Of a stretch of DNA of 64,000 nucleotides, positions 31,301 to 42,519 are shown piece by piece. The DNA comes from Botryllus schlosseri. Taxonomy: Eukaryota. The notes beneath the pieces were generated by a model. That model was not told the origin of the DNA. It did not search any database and worked only from the letters and a program-made list of their open reading frames with translations. The translations under genes and the position numbers were made by a program. The stretch covers positions 37,572,001 through 37,636,000 of the forward strand of contig CM119373.1 in NCBI GenBank assembly GCA_051294905.1, read 5' to 3'. The number at the start of each line of letters is the position of its first letter. The stretch's first letter is position 1.

Positions 31301-32946
31301 GTCTTGAAAGAAAGATTGCACAGACGACAAGAGGCTGAGTCGACCCTCGGTCTGGGACTCCTGAAACAAAACACGTGCAGATTCATCCTCGACCCCGAAT
31401 CATCACCCCGTTTTCACCCACCTTCACTTTCTCCATGGGTATAAACTGGCTTTTCTTGGGAGCCTCCCCTGTCTTGTGTGTGCCACGAACCAGCGATGGG
31501 ACCGGGGGCACTTTCTGGGGGGCCGACACGCCGACAGTCGGTGAACGGCCTTTGAGTTGTTGAGCGCCGGGTTGGAATTCGGGTGCTGAAATGGAAACGA
31601 GGTCATTTGAGGGTTCTTAGAGTCTAGACCAGTGGTTCCCAACCTTTTTCGACTAATCGCCTTTTCAAACTCCACACCGATCATCGCCCCCCAAATATTG
31701 GGAACCGAAAAATGATAATACATACTGAAATCACCAGCTAGTTGACTAAGAAAAAGGTCAACTTGTCGGCTCGACCTCGAAATCACACTTTTCCAGCTCG
31801 GGCGGACCCGTGGGTGTAATGACTTCGTTAAGTAATGACATTTTGTGGCCTGTCTGCTATGTTAAAAGATATTCAAATCGCCCATGCGTACTAAACTAAA
31901 AGATGCACACGATTTCAGATTGGTATTTCTGCACTGGCAATTAATTTTTCTCTGCGAGATGGCAATTTTTGTGGGATTCTGATTGCCAGGACAGGAACAT
32001 TTGGCGCCAACCAATTAGGCGCCTATGGGCAATTAAATATATATGTATATCGTATATATATCGAAGTCGGTCAGCCTAAAGGCAGTCCTTTTCCGCCAAG
32101 GTTTTCTCGTTTTGGCACTCTATTCGGAGTCGCATGTTACATGGCATGAAACTTCATATGTCTTGGTGCGTCATGGTGTGATAGTGGCTGACGCCGAGAT
32201 GCCCATTTCTATAACTCATGCGTATTATTTCTTGAAGGAAGGGTATCCAATAAGCAAGAAATAAGCGACTAAGAAATGGCGCGCATCGCGAAATTTATTT
32301 GAAAAATCTGCCCAAATTTTCAAAATATTACTCTATAAATAATGTTAATTCACGAAAAACATATGAGCTCCCCATCCCAATTGTGGGTTTGGGTGTGGCA
32401 GTTACGGTCATCAACGGCAATCGCCCCCTTCGTCCATTTTCGCCCCCTTGGCTATTTTCGCCCCCTGGACCGACAAAACGCCCCCTGGGGGGCGATATCG
32501 CCCACGTTGGGAACCACTGGTCTAGACTCAAATAGATATTTCCTTAAATACGGAAAATGACTCTACACATCTCCTCACATACAGAAATGGGTCAGAAGAC
32601 TCACCCTGGTTCGGCTGCTGCATCCGTTGGGGTCGAAACGGGGGCCTGTTCGGGGCCATCTGCTGTTGCTGGGTCATCGGCTGGTAAGACTGGGGCACGA
32701 AGCGTTGTTGGGGCATCTGCATTCTGGGATTCTGCTTGCCCATCATGTCCAGCGGGGGCCTGACCAGCCCCATCTGTTGTTGCGGGGCCATCTTGTTACT
32801 GCCCCACTGCATCATGTTTCTCGGCCCCATGTTGGGGTTGAACGACATCTGATTGTCGGGGGTTCTCGATGGGAGGAACCCGCTTGATTGCGGGCCTCTT
32901 AACGTTTGGTTCATATCGCCTGGAATAGCAGTAAAGACTGAATTAA
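28385..32946. repeat. Segmental duplication copy 2 (contains extra 890-bp hAT MITE)
   Basis: Paralogous to 16400-19888. Confidence 0.95.
31630..32519. mobile_element. hAT (Charlie/Buster-type) MITE, 890 bp
   Basis: TIRs CAGTGGTTCCCAAC / GTTGGGAACCACTG; 8-bp TSD GTCTAGAC (31622-31629, 32520-32527); empty site with single GTCTAGAC at 19466-19473. Confidence 0.95.
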
Positions 32947-35900
32947 TTGCAAAAGAAAACACAAAAATTGCTCGTCCCTAAGCCAAACTCTTGAGAATCT
33001 CAGCATCCGCAAAAATCTCTAACCAAAAAATTTTAATAACAATATAAGGGAGTGAGAAACGGTCAGAGCCGCAGAACGCGCCTGAAAACGGCTTGGACAG
33101 AATCCCCTGAACCTGGTTATGCCGATACTGGTTCATCTGCTTGGTGCGTTCCGCTTGTTCCACGGCCTGGAACGTCTTCACCCCGGCAGACCACTGCTGC
33201 GAGAAGTATGGAGCCCCGGGCTGGGGCTGAACCCCATAGTTCGGGGTCTGCCCCATCATAAACTGCTGCTGGAACTGGTTGATTTTCATCGCGACCTCCT
33301 GGCTGGCAGTGCCCTTACCCACCGTGTACTGGGGCATGTTCTGGGTGAACTGGGACTGTTGCATGGGGTTAAAATCGTCGACGCGTCTCTGTTGGGTGGG
33401 GGCGCGATTGCGGCAAACCCGGGGTTTCCGGATGGGGCCACCATGCTCCCAGAGGTCGCCATTACACCCTCGGGCGACAGGGAGGTGGTGTCCTTGTTCA
33501 GCATCGTCTGTAAATTGGTAAGTATGATTTCATTTCAATTTGATGCAAGGAGACCAGCCCCTATAAAAATGAAAAAAGTATCAGCATTTTTAATTCATTA
33601 TTAACAAGGTACCTCTATAGTTTTTCGGGTATGTAGCAAATTTTTCAAACAAACCTGATATTGTGGATTCTGATAGGCTGCCTGCCTGGTCTGCTGTGGC
33701 GTCACGGCCGAGTAGAAGCCTGTGATCTGATTTGTAGCAAACTGATTGCTGGCCCTTTGCTGCGGTATGTAGATAGGACCAGCCGCGACTGGCGAGAGTC
33801 TGCCAGCGCCCGTAGACATTTTTTTCGGTGGGACACGCCAAGCCCTGAAAGACACATCATTTTATAGTTCCCTTTCAAGTTTAACTCCAAATGACTGAAA
33901 TTTTACAAACAAATTTAAGAATATGGAAAAAAGAGAGATTTCATGCTCAAATTCTAGCTTAAAAACACTGTAAAATTCAAATCCGATGCAAATCAAGGTT
34001 TTTATATCAAAATCAGAGGAGTTAGTGATTCTGACTGGACAAACCTTGCGCAGCAGCGTACGGGTTCCTGTTTGTGATCGCGTGAGTTTGTTGTTGTTGG
34101 GGTTTCAGCGACATTGTGTTGGAAGGCTGAGCTTTCACTGGAAAATCACAACACACTTTAAACATGGGTAGTAGTTGTTGATCACAAGTTCAGACGGCAG
34201 CTCGAAAGATCTGTTGTCAAACAGAGTTTGCATAAGGCGGGGGTTCTTGAATTCAATCCAGCGACTACAGCTTGTAGCCTACCTCATAGGCCTGTCGTTG
34301 TAGAGGACCCATTTTCTGCTCATTGTGAATCTCAAACAGTAAAAGAAAACAAATAGGTTGACATGGTGTTATGTTCAACATACCGCAATATCCTAACTGA
34401 AGCAAGACTTAGTCGGCATTGTATGGTTCTTATATTAAGAAGCGCATGATGAAAAATTGTGATATAGACAACATTGTCAGAATGAAGCAACACGGTTTGT
34501 CACCAGCAGTGTAAGCACAATTTCAGTGTTGCCATCCAACAACTTCTGCTGTTGAACGTTCTTTCTCCATTTGTGGCAGGCTACTTAGTAATGACAGACA
34601 CTTTCTACCTGAGAATGTAGGAAAGTATCTTTCGTTGTACTACAACAAATTTCAATTATTTCTACCATACTATGTGATGCGACTAATCGAATTTTTCATA
34701 GGTCCAGATTTCGTTAAAATAACGTTTTATCATGCAAAATGTTGTCGAACTTTACAGGCCAACCTACTTTGTAAGGACTGACGCTTACAACCAAAAATTT
34801 GAAGATAAGTAGTACAATTCTAACATTATGTGGGAAAACACCTAATTTACATACAAGAGGTCAAAATTAAGTTTTTGAAGGTAAAAAATGTTAAGATTTT
34901 GAAGTTTAGGTCAACATTTTTCCTAGTCATTCATTATCTAACTCGAGTGAATGCGTACGATGCGACATATTCTATACGAGTTATTGAAGCCATGTATACC
35001 TAGCTACGTATACCAGGACTGAGCATTATAATTGAGAAAGAAAGCTCCAAAACTGTCTTTTATTGGTTTGAATAAACCTGAAAAGAATGAAAATGACCCG
35101 GAACCTCGTGACTCGGTGACAACCCTGGTTTTGAAGGCTACATTCAAATTTTGTGCCACAAAACTTTAAACATCAATTTCAGAAACAGATCTCAGGTTTG
35201 AACCAGATTTGGACAGCTAGAGAACATCAGATGTCTGTACAGTGTAGCCTACAGCAAGCTTGGCTCGTTTAGCGCCACACAGTTCTCCTGTGGCTTTGGC
35301 GGTAAAACATGAAATGAGAGAGCCGAAACATTTCGCTGAGATCAGCAGTTCTAAAACTCACCCGTCGGCGTATTCACAGAGGTCTGAAGAAAGAGAGAGG
35401 TCTGATACTCGCGCTGTTGTGATTGCTGCTGCTGCTGTTGTGAGCCGTACGGATGATGGGCCAGGCTGTTGTAGGTCCCGATCAGCAGGTAGTCCGGCAG
35501 GTGACCCAGCAGGTGGGTCTGCTGCATTTGTTGAAGATTGTTGTGCAGGGACGTGGAAGAGATCGGCTGGATAATTAGAGGTTCTAGTTTACATTTTTAT
35601 AGGCCAAAAACTGATTCTGTAATCGCTAATTTCTAAACAATTCAAAATTTTACCAACAAGTCCAAACCGCTTCAGATGCTATCTAGCGTCGTAATCACGA
35701 CCGAGCCACAAAAACTGCCACTATTGGGTCAGAGTACAAGCGATTGTTTACATCACAAGCGATCCGCACTAGTATATGGGGATTAGTGCTTTCTTTCATT
35801 TAAAAATCTGTTATTATAGAAGACCCAGTATTTACTTATTTTGTTATAGGAGTATACTAGTAGATGGTTAATTTTTGCAGGCCCACGAATTTGGGCCTTG

Positions 35901-36275
35901 CCTGATTGAAACAGAGTTTCGGGAGCCATTGCGGACCTCAAATTCAAACCGCAGCTGAACACAGTTGAAAATGACAAGATTTGTGGTTATAATACCGTTC
36001 AATTTTGTAATTTAAAGATCCAATATTAGTGTAAATTGTATAATGTTTCTGTGCGGAAGAAAAATGTCTAAAAATATCAGTATTTTTTATTCCTATGGCC
36101 TTATTTCACCAATAAAATGGCCCCAGGATATGGGGATGCAATGCGCATATATGATCACTAGGTCGTGCTTTGAAACGCATACATAATCACTAATCTAAAA
36201 TTCCATAATGTCATTGTGATTTCAACTTTCCAAAATGCAAACCTGTTGAATTTGTTGGATTCTCTGAGGGTGGGG

Positions 36276-38675
36276 TGTTGCGGTCGCTGAACTGCCTATG
36301 TGATTCTGTGTAAGCTGTCTTCCCTTGAACTTACAGCGCCGCAAAGTCCTATAAGTTTCCCGATGTAAATATACGCGATCTTGAAGTACGGTAGAAAAGT
36401 ATATTGCTTGAAGTTCCAATTGATCGAATTTCCTTATATCCAAATTATAATACGACACAGTAGTAGCACGAATAAGATATTGTCCCAATAAGATCGGTAA
36501 ATACAGTGCGGGAACGTCCGGTGGGCCAATTACTATTGACAAACTGTACCCTATCACAGCTATATCCAGAATATTCCCTTAGACCAGACCAGGAAGTATC
36601 GTCAAGCATACGCCATCTAGCGAATACAAGTATGGCTCCTAAATTATTGAACCCCCTAAGATTAACATGAAATGCCCACAGTAACAATCCCCACCAAAAA
36701 AGTTATAAAATGACAAAGAACTTTTTTGCAAATTAAGTTAAACATCAGTCCATTAGTGGCTTCTCGTCGCTGGAATCCTCGGTAACTTCTTATGTAGAGA
36801 GAAGCACGACCAATTTGTGGCTAGGTCGTTCCAAAAACTGCACATCGTTGATTCTTCTTCCGTACTCATCAACCCATCACCGTCTAAAAATGGATCCGGT
36901 TTGTACAATGGACTACCTTTCTTCACAACATAACCGTTCAACTTCGATGAATAATCAAGACGTTCCATTTCTTCATGAAATAATTCACTTCGAAAGTTTT
37001 TCAAGATGATCATTTCTGCCTTTGACAACCTTTCAACTGCGAGAGAACTGTTTATCTTTGCTGATAGCACAGCTGCAGTCATTTCCATCCTTGGAATTAA
37101 AACTTGCTTCACTGGTGCAGCTATCGATTTTGACATAATGAGATTGCAATGAGCCTTTCCTTTGAGTAATTCCCTTCCAATTTGAACCTTATCCAAATTT
37201 GCATCAACATGATGGCTCACATTGGCCCCGTCGTTACTAGGAGCTCCATCCATCACATTTTCAATGTTATCCAGTACACTACTCGGTGTCGACTTCCGCC
37301 CTCTATCAATTAGCCTTTGCAAGTCTCGTTGATTCTGAGCCGACAGGTCCTTCATCTTCTGCTCGTTGTCTCGTTGATTCTGAGCCGATAGGTCCTTCAT
37401 CTTCTGCTCGTTGTCCCGTTTCATTTGTTCAACCAATTTCGCAGTCTCGCTATCAAGAGAGTTCAAATCTTCTAGTACAGCGAACCTATTCCGTCTCGGA
37501 GCAGGCTGAGTCGACTTGGCCTTCAATTGGCCGTTGTATTCATCCAAATAATCCTTTACGTCGTAGCCAGTCTCTGCTACATGATCTTGTATATCTTTGA
37601 ACGAACGAGAAAATGCTATCAATTCCTCTTGCTCAAGTCGAGGCTCAAGGTCTCTCCAAAAACCTTGCAATTCCCCAAACATTCTTTGCATCTTCAAATA
37701 AGCTTTGGAAACCTCATCCTGATTGTCCCCAGACTCTATCAGGGAATTCAAACCTTTGCAGTCTCGCAATAACCATTTGACACGGAAGTCAAACTCTTGC
37801 TTCATGTTTTCAAATACTGCGGAGGTTCCTCTAGTTCTCCTGCCCGTGCCCGATATCACAGTGTGACCATGCTTGTAATCCTCGGCCATGATTCTATAAG
37901 GATCCGAATCTACGTTATCTTCACCCCCCAAAGTAGAATTCCTCGAATTAACACCATTGTGGCCAACACCAGAAGCCTTTCCAGACTTCTTCCTTTTACC
38001 AGGAGTCATTATGAAAACTAGAGTACACCAACTTACTGTTTCCTCCAACAGAAGTGTGTCCTTTCTCCAATATCAGTATAAATGAAGCAAGTCCTATTAC
38101 CGGCACCAATCCACACAATATGGAATTGTCCTTTACTTATGTACCGATAGTCGTCCTGTGTTACTGTTCCGCTTCCTGGCGTTGAATTGTATATTCCAAT
38201 ACAATACTCCACCAAGGGACCTTTGTTGTGTTTACTCCACGACCGGACCTTTAGCTGTATTTACTGTTGCGGTCGCTGAACTGCCTATGTGATTCTGTGT
38301 AAGCTGTCTTCCCTTGAACTTACAGCGCCGCAAAGTCCTATAAGTTTCCCGATGTAAATATACGCGATCTTGAAGTACGGTAGAAAAGTATATTGCTTGA
38401 AGTTCCAATTGATCGAATTTCCTTATATCCAAATTATAATACGACACAGTAGTAGCACGAATAAGATATTGTCCCAATAAGATCGGTAAATACAGTGCGG
38501 GAACGTCCGGTGGGCCAATTACTATTGACAAACTGTACCCTATCACAGCTATATCCAGAATATTCCCTTAGACCAGACCAGGAAGTATCGTCAAGCATAC
38601 GCCATCTAGCGAATACAAGTATGGCTCCTAAATTATTGAACCCCCTAAGATTAACATGAAATGCCCACAGTAACA
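36276..38675 (-). mobile_element. Internally deleted BEL/Pao LTR retrotransposon, 2400 bp
   Basis: 411-bp TG..CA LTRs (36276-36686, 38265-38675) with no difference found by eye; 5-bp TSD TGGGG; purine tract GGTGGGGA before 3' LTR on minus strand. Confidence 0.95.
36753..38048 (-). CDS. Mosaic gag-like / RNase H / integrase-region remnant ORF, 431 aa
   Basis: Helical gag-like N-terminus; AHCNLIMSKS.AAPVKQVLIPRMEMTAAVL (BEL RNase H region); LSKAEMIIL...KGSPLYKPDPFLDGDG (RNase H-integrase linker); FLERPSHKLVVLL* BEL C-terminal motif in another frame. Confidence 0.75.
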   Translation of the reverse strand: MEETVSWCTLVFIMTPGKRKKSGKASGVGHNGVNSRNSTLGGEDNVDSDPYRIMAEDYKHGHTVISGTGRRTRGTSAVFENMKQEFDFRVKWLLRDCKGLNSLIESGDNQDEVSKAYLKMQRMFGELQGFWRDLEPRLEQEELIAFSRSFKDIQDHVAETGYDVKDYLDEYNGQLKAKSTQPAPRRNRFAVLEDLNSLDSETAKLVEQMKRDNEQKMKDLSAQNQRDNEQKMKDLSAQNQRDLQRLIDRGRKSTPSSVLDNIENVMDGAPSNDGANVSHHVDANLDKVQIGRELLKGKAHCNLIMSKSIAAPVKQVLIPRMEMTAAVLSAKINSSLAVERLSKAEMIILKNFRSELFHEEMERLDYSSKLNGYVVKKGSPLYKPDPFLDGDGLMSTEEESTMCSFWNDLATNWSCFSLHKKLPRIPATRSH

Positions 38676-40099
38676 TGGGGGTCTTGTCGTTGCAGCATCA
38701 GGTAAGGTGACATCACAGACCCGTGCGATTGAGCCGTGACAATGCCGGGAGCTGAGCTCGTCGTGCAACTAGACTCCTCCCATTCTTCAGACTGCTGAAT
38801 AAATAGAGATTCCAAACGTTCATTTTAATAAAATTAGTGCATTGAAAAATCTGAATAGCTTGATTAAGCTGCATTGTGGCAGAGGTGACAGAATATTCCC
38901 GGTTGAAAATATCAAATACCTGAGCGTTAGCAGGTTGAGTCTCGGCAGGTTTTGTTTGCAACGTCGAGTCGCGACTCGAAGAGTGGAACGAAAACGGAAC
39001 GCTCGACCCGCTCAGTCCTGGAAACAAAATTTCAGGCTCAAACTGTCTGGCACTCAAATCACAAGCCAAATTTTCGCTACAGAAATCTGATTCCGTGCTA
39101 TTAAATACAGTTACCTTGACACCAAATATCGTCAAGTCAGCAAAATCATTCCACAAATTTTCTGTCCAAATATAGGTTGGAAAAGAAAGAAAGTTACCGC
39201 GAAAGTGAATAATGGACATAACCTACCATGAATCCCCACACAGCGATATTTGTGTCGCATTTTTTGTCTAAAATCTCAAATTTAAAATGGCACAGTTCAC
39301 TTTTCAGGTTTAAACCGTTATGTATGTCCAAATACAGTTTACAAAAATGAAACATAATTAATTTCAACGTCTGAATTTGCTGCTGAATTTATTTCCAAAA
39401 TTTCCGAATTTGAATCATAACTGACTGTTGATTCTGGATATTTGATCTGATCACGTTGTGTCAAATACAATCATGATCAAAAGGGAGTGAAAATTTGACA
39501 AAACCTAGATTTTCTTAAAACGCGAAATATCGACACAAGCTAATCTGACGATAGATATATTCGGTTGATTATTTTTCCAGAATTCTTAAATTTATTTATA
39601 ACCTGATTGTTGGTTTTGCGGTTTTTCCATCCCCACGGGGCATAAACGAAGAGTCGAGTCCCAGGCCCTGCGTGCCTACTCCGTTTTCATGTTAAGTCGC
39701 TGGAAGGCGACGTAATCTCCCTCAGTACTTTTGCCGGGTCTGAAAAGGCGATGGTCCGGCCCCAGTTGTCGTTGCTGGTCCTGGTGGTTGTTGGGGTCGG
39801 GGACCGGCTGCGTTGTCCAGCTCTGAAGTCTCATTCATCGAGGGGCTGAGAACGGAAACGATACGGGATCAAATGGGTAGCAACGAGGGACGAATAACGC
39901 AACAAACACAAATTATGTCACGCATGACCGGATTTCAGATTCGAGAGAAAAATAATGGTATTTACAATGGGCAAACCTATAACTATTATTACTCAACATC
40001 CGATCCAAATGTAATTTGTTTACTCTAACTTCTGCTAGTTTTTGTTTCGCCCACGCCAGGGGTTCGTCTTACTCTGATCAGACATAGTGGCACACGTAT

Positions 40100-42420
40100 G
40101 AAGTCACAATGTACAAGTAGAAAATGGGATGGGAAACAACGAATTTTATCCCCCGACAATGACAACCTACGGCTAAAAACAACGAAAATATTTTTGATCA
40201 CATATTAACTAGAAGTTAATGTGGAAGTAACCAAGTATTCCTGCAGGGTCATATGTCGTATGCCGTTCAAGAGGGTGTGCATTAAACTCGGACAAAAGTG
40301 TATTTGATGTAGATTTACGGTACTTCGGCACATGGAATTATTGTGATATAAAAATATTCTCAATTGCAAATTAGTTATCAATTATCATCAACTTACTGTG
40401 GAATAATACTGCACCGCTGCAACAAATGGTAATGGATTGAGGATTTAGCACGGCACATTTTAATCTGTGGCGTCAGTTCAAGATGTACGGCCTTGAAATT
40501 AATGTATATAATGTAAGAGTTAGATGAATTGATTGTATCATTGGATTGAATGTTCTGGCATCGCAACTTCAGTAGGTACAAGACATACCTGTGCACATTG
40601 TAAAGTTTGCATATTATAATATTCTCTGTCCACTTCTCCGTGGTATCACATTCACTAAAGAATTGTTTGAAGCTGCCACAGAACCGGTATATTGCTCCCC
40701 ATCATAGTGGAACTAAAACCTCAATCACATAGTGGATGTGGGGATTAGATCATCGAGCTGTGATGGAAACAGCGGACGGCCATAATGCACACAAGAGTTA
40801 CACAATCTAGCAGGGCCGGAACTGCCACACCCGAAACTCGCAATTGGGGGAAGCTCGAAGGAGCCTAAAGTTATTTTGTTCGTCGCTTGTTGGAGATTTA
40901 TTAAACTTGAACACTTTCGTCGACCTTAGCGCAATTTCATGTCCCTATAGGTCTCGATTTCAATATGATTAGTGTGATACAAAGGTGCATATTTCAGAGA
41001 AATAGGCACATCAGCGCAGGCTATTAGTATGCATTGAACAGGACTATGACTCTTGGATAAGAAGTGGACCGCAGACCACTTTCAAACCGGGAAATGGGCC
41101 TCAACCAAAAAAGGTGGACAACCATCGGCCTAGGCCTAGGCCCATGGTCTGAGTTACAGAACTTCACAACGAACTTTGAAAAAATATTGAATTCTGACAT
41201 TTCGAAACGAAATTTCGATAAACTCTAGCAACATGTAGAACTGTCCTATTGCTTCCTAAAACTAAATTACTAGAACTCACAGACATAAACAGTGATTGTT
41301 TTCAAAGCAACATTTTCGACTGTGATAAATTCAATGGACGATTCTCACCGCTTTAGCGCCCCTTGTGAACGGTTGGCCGGAGTGATTTCGCCTCCATACG
41401 GCTAGCATTGTCAGCAGAGGCAATCTCATTATTTTCCCCTTCTGGCGACGCTTTTCTGCGAGCGTATGAGTTCTTAGTTATTGCTACAGCCCTTATGACT
41501 GATTTCATGTCATTGCTAGCAAAATCAGGACCCTATTTCTTCACTAGTTGCTTGAGGATCCTTATGCGTTGAACTGCATTTTGCCAAACTGCACTGATGC
41601 CAATGTTTGTCTCCAATGTCACAAATGGCAGGAACATTTTAGACGGTAATCGAACCGAGATCATGGAACTTGTATATTATGAGTTGTTGACGGGTTTACC
41701 CACGTTCAGTTTTGCTGACGTAGAGAGGATTGCCAGTGAATCGAGGGGCAGTGGAAATAACAAAGATAAAGGATATAAATTATTTGCTGAGTCTTATATA
41801 ACAGATTTTAGAGGTATGTAGAAATTTACACCAGCATAGGTCGTTGGTAGATATTTTCAAGCAGTTCAGTCGTTGGCTCTCACCTGCCTTTCCGTATTTT
41901 TATTTGACAACTAGTAGTAATGCCTTCGCAAGTAGCATCAGTAATGAGTTTGATCATCTCGGCATCAGCACAGTGTTGAGCGATGTACAGCACTTTGCAG
42001 GCAGAGTGATGTTATAGAATGTTAAATCAAAATTTTTAGTTATTTGTATTTTCCGCATGTCACGACACTGCAGTTTTCTATGTGCAGGCGAAGACCTGTC
42101 ATACCATGTAGAGAAACAGCCCTCTTCACAATTTGAAATTGGCAATCAATAGACAGGCAGGTCAAAAAATTTCAAGTCATTCCTGTTCATGTCCAGCTGG
42201 TGAAGGATTCTGCAACCATATTTTTGCACTGCTTTATCATATCGCTTGTTTTTCAACCCTCAAATGTGCCAAAGTCCCCCAACAAAGAGCTGCACATCAC
42301 AGCCACAGTCAAGGCACAGGCCTCGTTTGGATGGGTTTATGTTTCCGCCAATCCAAGACATAGTAATTAAAAATCCCATTTCCCAGTCTGCTTCCGCAAA
42401 CACGTATTATAGGGTAGCTA
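40100..42420. mobile_element. Decayed PIF/Harbinger (ISL2EU-like) transposon relic
   Basis: Plus-strand spliced fragments with SWIM finger SCSCPAGEGFCNHIFALL then SCTSQPQS.HRPR (41597-41815, 42095-42380; stop and frameshift); weak minus-strand DDE-like fragments (TEVAMPE, INFKAV..LTPQ) at 40300-40700. Confidence 0.45.
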
Positions 42421-42519
42421 CATCTGTTTTTTTTTTTCAGGCAATCAAACATTTCATGGAGTCTCCATCAAACATTTTCAGGTAGATGTTGAGGTACCGG
42501 TATGTAGCTAATTTGTCGA

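Larger units (their letters stand above)
30078..39017 (-). pseudogene. Gln/Pro-rich multi-exon gene copy A (exons 39017-38920, 38794-38676+36270-36243, 35566-35362, 34137-34045, 33844-33655, 33507-33319, 32919-32605, 31585-31422, 31360-31265, 30377-30078)
   Basis: GT-AG bounded, phase-compatible exons; frame supported by synonymous differences versus copies B and C; disabled by LTR insertion in an exon and frameshifts in exons 33844-33655 and 33507-33319. Confidence 0.7.

Noticed and set aside
33052-33318. Open Gln-rich continuation of exon 33507-33319
   Set aside because: Could be a longer alternative exon but no convincing phase-compatible donor found; not annotated separately
33590-33841. 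Harbinger HTH-like reading (LSESTISGLFEKF)
   Set aside because: Alternative frame of a Gln-Pro gene exon; paralog comparison supports the other frame
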